DNA of 52,944 bases from Thermoanaerobacteraceae bacterium (GTDB lineage Bacteria; Bacillota; JAZPYJ01): the NCBI GenBank assembly GCA_045544075.1, contig JAZPYJ010000144.1, forward strand, positions 1 through 52,944, given 5' to 3'. Shown one piece after another: positions 19,294 to 27,338 of the stretch (the stretch's first letter is position 1; every line of letters starts with the position of its first letter). The notes under the pieces are model-generated. The model saw only the letters and a program-made list of their open reading frames with translations. It was not told where the DNA came from and made no database searches. Made by a program: the position numbers and the translations under genes.

Positions 19294-21058
19294 TGTTTTC
19301 TCCCTCCTTTGCTTCGATGTGAGCCTGCCACATCCTGCGGTACAGTTCACTGGATCCAAGCAGTTCCTCCTGTGTGCCGATTGCCTCTACGCATCCGTTA
19401 TTGATAAGTATGATCTGATCGGCTGAAACGATAGTGGAAAGCCTGTGAGCGATTACAAGAAGTGTTTTGCCCTGTACCAGTCGGGCGACGCTGCGCTGTA
19501 CCAGAGCCTCGTTCTCTGGATCCGTGTAAGCTGTAGCTTCATCCAGGATCACGACAGGGGCATTTTTCAGCATGGCCCGTGCGATTGAGATACGCTGCCG
19601 CTCACCGCCGGAAAGATGACTGCCTGAACCTCCGCAGATCGTATCATATTCGGTTTCCAGCCCCATAATGAAATCATGACATCCGCATGCTTTCGCCGCA
19701 TCCGTTACCTGACGGTCTGTAGCCTGCGAATCTCCGAGACGGATATTTTCCATAACGCTCATATCGAACAGGTAGTCATCCTGAGAAACATAAGCGATCA
19801 TCTTCTGATAATCATCCAGGGAAATATTCCGGATATCCACTCCCCCGAAAGTAATGCTTCCGCTGTCCACGTCCCAGAAAGAAGCGATCAGCTTGGCGAT
19901 GGTGGATTTACCGGAGCCCGAGGGACCGACCAGCGCGTTGACGGTTCCTGCTTTTATAGTCAGATCTATACCATGCAGGACCTCGTTTTCCTTGTAAGCG
20001 AAGCGCACGTCCTGAAGTCTTATATCCGTGCCCTGCGGCTGAAGAGTCATCCTGTCGGGACGATCGAGTTCTGGCTTTTCCAGAATATCAGTTACTTCGC
20101 TGATTATTGTTCCCATCTTGGTGATGTCATCCATATAGCTTGCCGCTGTAACAAAAGGTGTTATCAGTCCCAGAGAAAGGATGATCAGCATAAGCAGATC
20201 AGGAGCGGTGACCGATCCCTTTATAAAGAAGGATACTCCGAACGGCAGCAGAGAAAGCAGAGTAGCGGGCATCAGTACCAGAGCCATATTCTGATATACA
20301 TTGCAGCGCCTCATCCATTCGATGAAACAATCCGCTCCTTCCTTTGCTGCGGTGACGAATTTCTCGTAGCTCGTCTTTGCTTTGCCGAAGGCTTTTATCA
20401 CTTCTATACCGCCGATGTACTCTACAGCGGTATCATTCAGTGCTTTGGTTTTGACGATAGCGTTCTGATAGCTTTCCTGACTGCTGCGCATCATCAGCAG
20501 GAAGAACAGGGCGCCGACGGGAACGGTGATCAGCGACAAAAGCGCAAGACGCCAGTCGATCCTCAGCATATAGGCGAAGATCACAAAGGGGATGATCAGA
20601 TTGGAGGTAACTTCCGGGATCATGTGAGCTAGTGTAGTCTCGATAGAATCTACACGTTCCACGATGATGTTCTTGTAAGTGCCTGAAGATTCTTCCAGCA
20701 CATCGCCCAGCGGCATTTTCGCCAGTTTTCCGGTCAGTTTGCGGCGGATATTTGCCAGCACTTCGAACGTTGCCTTGTGGGACATCGTAGTCGAAGCCGC
20801 ATGGAATATCCGGTCCAGTATGAAGAACAAAGCCATCCACAGGCACTGGGACAGACAATAACTGAAGTCCGCTGTTTTTTCCAGCAGGCCCCTTACGATA
20901 TTAGCCATAAAAATGTACGGGATAAAACCGGACAGAACACTTAAGACCGCCAGCATAACGCTGGTGATATAACTGCTGCGCCTGCTGCCCGCAAACTCAA
21001 GTATCCAGCTTAAAGTGCTGCGTTTTCTGACTTTGTTTTGCTGCTTTGGTTTGTCCAT
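19286..21058 (-). CDS. ABC exporter, fused permease-ATPase (first half of a heterodimer)
   Basis: 590 aa with a TM exporter domain plus an NBD (GPSGSGKST, LSGGERQRISIARA, ILDEATA). Confidence 0.85.
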   Translation of the reverse strand: MDKPKQQNKVRKRSTLSWILEFAGSRRSSYITSVMLAVLSVLSGFIPYIFMANIVRGLLEKTADFSYCLSQCLWMALFFILDRIFHAASTTMSHKATFEVLANIRRKLTGKLAKMPLGDVLEESSGTYKNIIVERVDSIETTLAHMIPEVTSNLIIPFVIFAYMLRIDWRLALLSLITVPVGALFFLLMMRSSQESYQNAIVKTKALNDTAVEYIGGIEVIKAFGKAKTSYEKFVTAAKEGADCFIEWMRRCNVYQNMALVLMPATLLSLLPFGVSFFIKGSVTAPDLLMLIILSLGLITPFVTAASYMDDITKMGTIISEVTDILEKPELDRPDRMTLQPQGTDIRLQDVRFAYKENEVLHGIDLTIKAGTVNALVGPSGSGKSTIAKLIASFWDVDSGSITFGGVDIRNISLDDYQKMIAYVSQDDYLFDMSVMENIRLGDSQATDRQVTDAAKACGCHDFIMGLETEYDTICGGSGSHLSGGERQRISIARAMLKNAPVVILDEATAYTDPENEALVQRSVARLVQGKTLLVIAHRLSTIVSADQIILINNGCVEAIGTQEELLGSSELYRRMWQAHIEAKEGENNV

Positions 21059-21146
21059 ATGAATTCGGCCTCCTGGTTAGATTATTCTAACTAAATGTTG
21101 TATTTAAAACGCTTTATATCCTGACCGGTGTCAGAACGATAAGGCG

Positions 21147-21758
21147 TCAATACCCGAAAAATTCTCTCCAGGCTTTGGAAAAATAACGATCCAGCGTATC
21201 CGCATAATGCATAGCCTCTTCCCTTGTAAAGTCATGTTCCACCGTCTGAAATACAGCGTTTATGTTGACTGTGATCAGAAGATGAAGCTCCTTGATACGA
21301 AAATCATTGATCCTGATCCCTTGTTCCCGGAGAGCATGCATAAATGAAAGCACCGTTTTTTCCTCCAATACGGCCAGATCATGAAGGAAAGTCTCGTACT
21401 TAGTGCCCTGAGATCGGCAAACGATAAGCCGGAAAGCATCCAGATGGTCATAAATATAGGCGACTGCAAGTCTGGCATCCTGACCGATCTCCCAAATACT
21501 CAGATCACCGGCTTCGATAGATATTTTCTGCTCATTTTCCTCCTGTCGGTATAAAGACATCAGTCCCTGATATGTTGGTTCGACCAAAGCGGAAAACATT
21601 TCTTCTTTGCCGGCGAAATGCTTGTACAATCCGGATGCACTCATTCCTGCAGCGGCGGCTATCCGCCGCATCGACGCATCCTTGAAGCCGTATTGCAGAA
21701 ATTCCGCCGTTGCTGCTTCTATTATGTTTACATGATGAAGTTTCTTGTCACGAATCAC
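21147..21758 (-). CDS. TetR-family transcriptional regulator
   Basis: HTH segment ASMRRIAAAAGMSASGLYKHFAGKEEMF. GTG start after AAAGGAG. Lies upstream of the ABC pair on the same strand. Confidence 0.8.
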   Translation of the reverse strand: MIRDKKLHHVNIIEAATAEFLQYGFKDASMRRIAAAAGMSASGLYKHFAGKEEMFSALVEPTYQGLMSLYRQEENEQKISIEAGDLSIWEIGQDARLAVAYIYDHLDAFRLIVCRSQGTKYETFLHDLAVLEEKTVLSFMHALREQGIRINDFRIKELHLLITVNINAVFQTVEHDFTREEAMHYADTLDRYFSKAWREFFGY

Positions 21759-21788
21759 GGGATCTCCTTTGCAAAAATTGCATAAATA

Positions 21789-21843
21789 AAGCGAACAGCG
21801 TTCTCTTTATTTATAGAATACACTGTTCGCTTGGTACTGTCAA
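21789..21843 (-). promoter_or_regulatory. candidate promoter/operator of the TetR-ABC operon
   Basis: Minus-strand TTGACA (plus 21838-21843). Perfect 10-nt inverted repeat AAGCGAACAG (21789-21798) / CTGTTCGCTT (21823-21832) brackets the -10 region. Confidence 0.35.
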
Positions 21844-21957
21844 GACCTGATTATTATTTTTTTTATTTTTTTCCAAAACAGAAAACTAATATGTTCCGAT
21901 GATAACTGAGCATTTGCTGCGTTTATTGATGCTGATCGTGCTTTTTAAGTTTATCAG

Positions 21958-22482
21958 TCAAGCCTTGATACCGGACAGCAGATCATCCAGAGGGATACGC
22001 TCCGGATATTTGCCTTCTGCCAGGATCTCTGTCAGATATTTATTGTCCAGTATCATATCATCGCGGATAAGCTGCCAGTTGGCTTTCTTCTTAAAAAATA
22101 CTTTGAAGATAAGAAAGTTCATGATCGGACCGATCAGCGGTGCAGTCATTCCGAAAGCTTCCGTATGAGAGAACCAGCATCCTGTTTCCGTGCGTTTGCC
22201 TTCAAAGGTAATGAACGCAGTTTTCTTGTCGCTCTGGAAAACGATACGAAAATGATCGTCATCCTGTTCACATTCCTTGATCGTTCCTGTAACATTGTAG
22301 TCCAGATCCATTACGATCTCGCGGAAGCGTATCCTGTCTCCGACCTGATACCCGCCGTCATACATTTCGCATTCGATATGATAGGGACTCCATTTAACGA
22401 ACTCTTCCTGAAATTCGGCGACCCAGGCCTCCAGTTTCTCATAAGATACGGGAATATTTACGCCCTCGGTCAGTGTTACCAT
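21958..22482 (-). CDS. hypothetical protein, possibly SRPBCC (START/Bet v1-like) fold
   Basis: 174 aa with SD GGAGG. Size and alternating beta-rich pattern with a C-terminal helix suggest SRPBCC. Weak, composition-level call. Confidence 0.4.
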   Translation of the reverse strand: MVTLTEGVNIPVSYEKLEAWVAEFQEEFVKWSPYHIECEMYDGGYQVGDRIRFREIVMDLDYNVTGTIKECEQDDDHFRIVFQSDKKTAFITFEGKRTETGCWFSHTEAFGMTAPLIGPIMNFLIFKVFFKKKANWQLIRDDMILDNKYLTEILAEGKYPERIPLDDLLSGIKA

Positions 22483-22632
22483 CCGGCAGACCTCCTGAAA
22501 AATTTTTCGCTGTTGATCTATAAAAGCAATGATGTCCTGCGTGTCTTAGCAAAGGAATTTTGTATATATTTCGATCCAGGCCTTTTTGAGGCCGGAACTT
22601 ATGACGTCAGTGTTCAGCCTCTGCCGGGCTGA

Positions 22633-23265
22633 TCAGATACTTTTAGTCCTGTTCCAGCCGTCCCCCGCATCGGTCTGGTGATGCACAAATCTGAAATCGC
22701 AGACATCTCCGCCCTGACACAGGGTTTGGGTACGTATGAAATCGGTATAGGGCAGGCTGCCGTAGTTGATGATATCTGCATGACAGCACATGGAACCGAG
22801 CTTCATCAGATTACGTCGGCCGAGTATCTGAGCATAGATGCACGCATTGCATTCAAAATTGAATTCATTTTTAGGATCGTCTTTGTGCCAGGTATAATGC
22901 CAGCCGACACCGGAACGTTTGCTGAATCCGATCGGAACGATCTTTTTCATCAATGGAAGAAAGAAGCTGCGCTTTGCCAGCTTCTGCATCCCCGAAGGGT
23001 CTAAAAATTTCCACATTTCCTCCGAAACCAGTCTGTATGCTTCCTCTTCGTCTGTTCCGTGTGCCTGCAGCACTTCATACAGGGCGATCGAGGTCAGAAT
23101 CTGAGCCATATGCTCGTAGTTTCCCTTATCGCAGTAGTCTCTTTCCTCAGTCAGCAGTTCGTCCATCCTGTTATATACATCCTGTCGTATTTCAGCGGGC
23201 AAAGTCGGGAAATAATTCTGATATCGGCTGATCGCCACCATTGCTTTCGGTTCATACTTTTTCAT
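22633..23265 (-). CDS. ATC-hydrolase-family (PF14196-like) protein
   Basis: C-terminal Cys pattern ECNACIYAQILGRRNLMKLGSMCCHADI...TLCQGGDVCDFRF resembles L-2-amino-thiazoline-4-carboxylate hydrolase-family proteins. Confidence 0.55.
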   Translation of the reverse strand: MKKYEPKAMVAISRYQNYFPTLPAEIRQDVYNRMDELLTEERDYCDKGNYEHMAQILTSIALYEVLQAHGTDEEEAYRLVSEEMWKFLDPSGMQKLAKRSFFLPLMKKIVPIGFSKRSGVGWHYTWHKDDPKNEFNFECNACIYAQILGRRNLMKLGSMCCHADIINYGSLPYTDFIRTQTLCQGGDVCDFRFVHHQTDAGDGWNRTKSI

Positions 23266-23292
23266 ATTATTAGCCTCATATCCCTAAATAAT

Positions 23293-23958
23293 TCATTGTT
23301 TCTTTTTATATCCGTTGTCGCAGTAAGGACCGCCGGATGCCAATGTATATTCACGCACGAAGTCTGATGTACCGCCGATATCATTAAGGGTATAGTCCAT
23401 GCGGCACATGGCGGGAACGAATTCCCACAGGCCGAGTTCCTTCATCAGGGTACATATCCCGCAGGCGGTAAATCTCGCCTCGTAGCCGTTGCCGTTGGGG
23501 TAAGGGAGGAGTTTCATGTTCCAGGAATAAGGGTTGCGGTCAGCGGCGTTCAAGGCGGCTGCCTCTTGCAGATTACGGATATTATTGTTACTGAAGCGTT
23601 TTTTCCCGGCTTTACGGCAAAACCATTTCAGAAGCTTAGTAGTCATTGCATGCTCGTAAAAATCCGCCGCACGGTCCACTGAAGGTTTTTTCTCCATGTT
23701 CAGCAGAAAAGCCGAGAGCAGGGCGCAGTTCACTATATTCTTCTTAAATAGATCTGCTTTTTCAAATTCAGGGAGTCCGGCGATTATCTCTCTGTATTTC
23801 AACCGGGCAGACGAAGCAATAGCATCGGCTTCCTGTTCGCTGTGACCAAGTACGGAGATAAGGCTTCCCCGAAATGATCTTTTGAACAGAGCCACATTCC
23901 CAAAGGCATACCGATATATTTCATTGACTGTTCTCCGTTTTATAATACCGGCTGGCAT
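23293..23958 (-). CDS. ATC-hydrolase-family (PF14196-like) protein, paralogue
   Basis: Same C-terminal architecture: FTACGICTLMKELGLWEFVPAMCRMDYTL...TLASGGPYCDNGY. Confidence 0.55.
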   Translation of the reverse strand: MPAGIIKRRTVNEIYRYAFGNVALFKRSFRGSLISVLGHSEQEADAIASSARLKYREIIAGLPEFEKADLFKKNIVNCALLSAFLLNMEKKPSVDRAADFYEHAMTTKLLKWFCRKAGKKRFSNNNIRNLQEAAALNAADRNPYSWNMKLLPYPNGNGYEARFTACGICTLMKELGLWEFVPAMCRMDYTLNDIGGTSDFVREYTLASGGPYCDNGYKKKQ

Positions 23959-24009
23959 ATGCAGATGACTCTGACATTAGCGGGCCGAGCTTACTGTTTT
24001 ACTGAACGA

Positions 24010-24615
24010 TCATTTTATCACAGATGCAACAGCTACAGCGCAGGGGATGCGTCCGTCGGCCGTCCGGATCATTACGTCGCGATAACCCGAATCCAGAAAG
24101 AACTGACGATAGCTATCCGGTGTGAATTGTCTTTTGAAATCAGCTCCGGCTTTTCCTGCAGCGGAAGAAAATCTGCTCGTTCTGCCTTTTCGGTCTGTGT
24201 TTATGTAGGTAGGAATGATCAGCGTTCCGCCAGGTCTGCATACGCGGGCCAGTTCATTCAGTGCCTTCAGCGGATCATCGAGAAGATGGATAACGTTTCC
24301 GGCAACGACCTTGTCGAATTCGTCATCGGCATAGGGAAGATCAGTGATATCAGCGGACAGAAAGGAAATATTCTGAAAAGCAGCACAGTTCTTCTCGGCT
24401 TTTTTCAGCATCCTTTGCGAGAGGTCGGTAGCTGTGAGCCGTCCGCATCGGGGAGCGATCACTGCGCTTAACAGGCCGGTACCGCAGGCGCATTCAAGAA
24501 CGTTGTCATCCGGCCCTATAAGGCCGGCGACTATTCCGCGCAGGGAATTATGTGCTTTCCTGTTGATGACGTTAACGAATATATCGTAAAATCCGGCTAC
24601 ATTATCCCAGAATAT
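24010..24615 (-). CDS. class I SAM-dependent methyltransferase, start codon unresolved
   Basis: The ORF track starts at GTG 24462. Motif I (VLECACGTGLLS) and a typical N-terminus (KIFWDNVAGFYDIF) lie in frame upstream of it, with no ATG/GTG/TTG before the in-frame stop at 24712-24714. The 5' end shown here is the ATA codon at 24615-24613, 7-9 nt after AGAAGGTG. Motif post-I ATDLS and FDKVVAGNVIHLL are present. Confidence 0.6.
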   Translation of the reverse strand: MFWDNVAGFYDIFVNVINRKAHNSLRGIVAGLIGPDDNVLECACGTGLLSAVIAPRCGRLTATDLSQRMLKKAEKNCAAFQNISFLSADITDLPYADDEFDKVVAGNVIHLLDDPLKALNELARVCRPGGTLIIPTYINTDRKGRTSRFSSAAGKAGADFKRQFTPDSYRQFFLDSGYRDVMIRTADGRIPCAVAVASVIK

Positions 24616-24791
24616 TTTGACGCACCTTCTTAGTCTGCTGCAGCGGAGAGCGGCCCGCCGGTGATATTTGGTCGCCGGGGACCTCTGTCTCCGTTGGCAG
24701 TTGGGGGAGAGTTAGATTTATCTAACTTTATATCATTATTATAATACATAATCAGAGGAAATCAAGAGGAAAATGAAAAAATTTAAATAAT

Positions 24792-25520
24792 TTACGGATT
24801 GATGTTATCAGAAAGGGTTTCCCCGGGCGGGGAAGAGGATACTTCTGCCTGCTGATCATCCGGCTGAACGCTGCCGCTATTCTGTTCCCGGGCAGTATCA
24901 TGATCCTGAGCCAAGTCCTTATCCGGTACTTCTTGCTGTTCCATATCTTCGGAACCTTCGTGATCTTCGTACGCAGGGGCGTCTAAATCTTCGCTGACGT
25001 TTGTTTTAAGCTCCAGAAGAAGCTTCTGCGTATGATCTTCGTTTTTGGTATTCGCGGCGATAGCGGTTTCTGCTTTCTCTGCTTCAGGATCGCCTTCTTT
25101 TTCTATCTGTGCAAGCGTTGAGGCAACTGCGTCTCCGATCTTGTGATGTCGAAGCTGCTGCAGATCCATGGTTGACAGGAGGAGCTCCCCGTCTTCGTTG
25201 CCGGCTTTAACATCCAGCACATAATCAAAACAGTTGATCGTATACTCTATGTTAGATTCGGCTGCGACCGTAACTGTCCCGTAGGGTATCGCATAAGCTG
25301 CAGCAGCACCTGCCCCCGTGAAAAGAGCGAGCGCGGCGGCGACAGAGGCTGCTGTTCTGATCATTTTCGGGAGGGCGGACTGTCTGTCCGATCGTTTTGT
25401 ATTATAAAGTTCGATAGTCTGTCCGATCGTATAATTTTCGCGGGCGATCCTGCGTATCTCGCCGTTTTCCAAAAGCGCGGCAGCGTATCTGCCCCGTATA
25501 TCAACTATCACTGCTTTCAT
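24792..25520 (-). CDS. anti-sigma-I factor, RsgI-like
   Basis: N-terminus MKAVIVDIRGRYAAALLENGEIRRI is typical of the RsgI N-terminal domain. One TM segment (AASVAAALALFTGAGAAAAYAI) is followed by a short extracytoplasmic part with an acidic tail. Overlaps the sigma gene by 4 nt. Confidence 0.65.
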   Translation of the reverse strand: MKAVIVDIRGRYAAALLENGEIRRIARENYTIGQTIELYNTKRSDRQSALPKMIRTAASVAAALALFTGAGAAAAYAIPYGTVTVAAESNIEYTINCFDYVLDVKAGNEDGELLLSTMDLQQLRHHKIGDAVASTLAQIEKEGDPEAEKAETAIAANTKNEDHTQKLLLELKTNVSEDLDAPAYEDHEGSEDMEQQEVPDKDLAQDHDTAREQNSGSVQPDDQQAEVSSSPPGETLSDNINP

Positions 25521-26245
25521 ACAGACATCTCCTCCGTTACGAATTTCAGATATCCTTTCAAATTGGGATAATCTCCGTCCATGACCAGAACGGCCATGAT
25601 AATATATTTACGATAGCGATCCAGTGTTTTACGGGATACTCCTGATCCGACTGTCAGGCTTTTGACCGGCAGTTTATGCTTTTCTTTCATCTCGGCACAA
25701 AGGACAGGGTGTGCGATCATATAACGCACGGCAGCGGCACATTCTCTTCGTGTCTTTTCCTGACGGGGAGAATGCTCCGCAAGATCGAAGAAGCGGAAGC
25801 CGTACTGTCTGAGCATATCATTCGCGGATGTTATCTCATCTTTCAGTATTATGCTGAGAGCATCAGTTGCCTGCCCTGTATGGACGATGGAAAGATAAAC
25901 GCCCTCAGTATCTTCTTCCGGCTCGCCGTTTCCCTCCATAACGTGAGGAGCGACAGGCACTTCCTGTATGGCGTGCTTATGAGATCTGAAATGATCTATC
26001 AGATCACGCCTGATCAGCATCTGTGCGAAGGGGAGAAATTCGCCTTTGTCTTCCCGATAGATATCGATCGCACGGGAGAAAGCGTATAAAGCAACTGACC
26101 ATTCGTCATCGCTTTTAGTTACAAAACGGCGGCTGGCGGAGGAAGCTGTCCGCAGGATCGTCTGTTCCTGTTCCCGTATGATCTTCTCCCGCAGAGATTC
26201 ATCCTTTGCCGCGAGCAAAGCAAGTTTATTGAGTTGTACCGACAT
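25517..26245 (-). CDS. sigI: RNA polymerase sigma-I-like factor
   Basis: 242 aa. DDEWSVALYAFSRAIDIYREDKGEFLPFAQMLIRRDLIDHFR (region 2) and the C-terminal SRKTLDRYRKYIIMAVLVMDGDYPNLKGYL resemble SigI-type sigma-70 factors. Paired with an RsgI-like gene. Confidence 0.65.
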   Translation of the reverse strand: MSVQLNKLALLAAKDESLREKIIREQEQTILRTASSASRRFVTKSDDEWSVALYAFSRAIDIYREDKGEFLPFAQMLIRRDLIDHFRSHKHAIQEVPVAPHVMEGNGEPEEDTEGVYLSIVHTGQATDALSIILKDEITSANDMLRQYGFRFFDLAEHSPRQEKTRRECAAAVRYMIAHPVLCAEMKEKHKLPVKSLTVGSGVSRKTLDRYRKYIIMAVLVMDGDYPNLKGYLKFVTEEMSV

Positions 26246-26394
26246 TATATATCACCGCTTTTCTAATGCCATTACCGGACGATATGTCCTAATGATCAGA
26301 GATGCTGCCGGTTTCCCATGGTACGGCGGCATATTCGATCGTTTCGTTTCAAGGCATTATAATAGACGGATCTTAAAACTAATTTAAAAGAAAC

Positions 26395-26421
26395 AAGAGG
26401 TCGGGTTGGCCCCGACCTCTT
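26395..26421 (-). terminator. intrinsic terminator after the repeat-protein gene
   Basis: AAGAGGTCGGG (26395-26405) pairs with CCCGACCTCTT (26411-26421). On the minus strand it is followed by GTTTCTTTTAAATT. Confidence 0.7.
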
Positions 26422-26482
26422 ATGTTTGGATAACACAGCTGTATCAGACTGTAAAGGGGTTGTCTATGCCCGGCTTGTGTTA

Positions 26483-26992
26483 TTATTTTGTGTTCTGAGC
26501 AATGATAGCTTCGTATTCAGCCTGAGTGATCACACCGGCATCGAGTAATTCTGCCAGCAGGCCGTCAGCAGGAGCTTCACCATTCATTTCCGGCAGATCG
26601 GCAGGAGCTTCGCCGTTAAGTTCCGGGAGATCAGTCGGAGCTTCACCATTCATTTCCGGCAGATCGGCTGGTTTGTTTTCTTCCATATAGGCTTTGATGT
26701 TGGCGAGTGTTTCATAAGAGATAACGCCGTCACTGGCCAGAGCATCAAAATCAGTAAACTGAGGAGCCTGACCATTCATTGGAGGCTGACCGTTCATGTC
26801 AGGAGCTTCACCGTTAAGTTCCGGGAGATCAGTCGGGGTTTCACCGTCCGGAGCTTCGCCGTTCATCTGGATGTTTGCCGGCATTTGCGGGGCCTGTGCC
26901 GTACTGTCCGAGCCAGGGGTAGCGGCAAAAGCTGTCGCGGCGAGGCACAGAACCATCGCGAATGCCAAAACGATAGTAATTGATTTTTTCAT
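26483..26992 (-). CDS. secreted low-complexity repeat protein with SHOCT-like helices
   Basis: Signal peptide MKKSITIVLAFAMVLCLAATAFA. Repeated [AT]DLPE[LM]NGEAP units. GVISYETLANIKAYM and LLDAGVITQAEYEAII resemble SHOCT motifs. Confidence 0.7.
   Translation of the reverse strand: MKKSITIVLAFAMVLCLAATAFAATPGSDSTAQAPQMPANIQMNGEAPDGETPTDLPELNGEAPDMNGQPPMNGQAPQFTDFDALASDGVISYETLANIKAYMEENKPADLPEMNGEAPTDLPELNGEAPADLPEMNGEAPADGLLAELLDAGVITQAEYEAIIAQNTK
26570..26668 (-). repeat. three tandem 33-nt (11-codon) repeats inside the secreted protein gene
   Basis: These encode ADLPEMNGEAP / TDLPELNGEAP / ADLPEMNGEAP (aa 109-141). Further diverged copies occur at aa 43-76. Confidence 0.8.
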
Positions 26993-27230
26993 AGTTCTTT
27001 TCTCCTTATTTTTTGTGATAAAAGTATCGAGCTTGCGTATGATGTCGCGGAGTCTTTCACCTCCTTTCTTAAGAAGCTCTCCACTTCACTAATTAATACG
27101 ATATCTCTGCCGGAAAAAATTGGGTCGAACGAAAAAATTTTCTATAGATAAAATTTTTCGGGCCGGTGTTGTACCGAAATGCGGAGTTGATCCTTAAATA
27201 ATTACAAGAACACAGGGGGCCTGTTAAAAA

Positions 27231-27305
27231 AGCAGATAACAAACAAGGGAGCGCTCACACAGAAGGATAAACTTACCGTTTCTTTCTGTGCGGCGCTCCC
27301 CGTTT
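27231..27305. repeat. hairpin element, copy 1
   Basis: Starts with AGCAGATAAC. GGGAGCGC (27247-27254) pairs with GCGCTCCC (27293-27300), and an inner CACAGAA / TTCTGTG stem is present. T-rich flanks on both strands. Confidence 0.6.
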
Positions 27306-27338
27306 CTTTCATGCGGCGCAGGGGCAGGATTCAGATAG

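Noticed and set aside
24773-24790. Tiny plus-strand ORF ATGAAAAAATTTAAATAA (MKKFK) after AGAGGA.
   Set aside because: It is five codons long in an AT-rich promoter region of the opposite strand. No evidence of function.
26246-26482. Search for SigI-type promoter elements (C-rich -35 with a CGAA-like -10) upstream of sigI and, at 26993-27230, upstream of the repeat-protein gene.
   Set aside because: Isolated CGAA and GCCCCC strings occur, but not at a convincing spacing. I could not support a call without a position-weight matrix.
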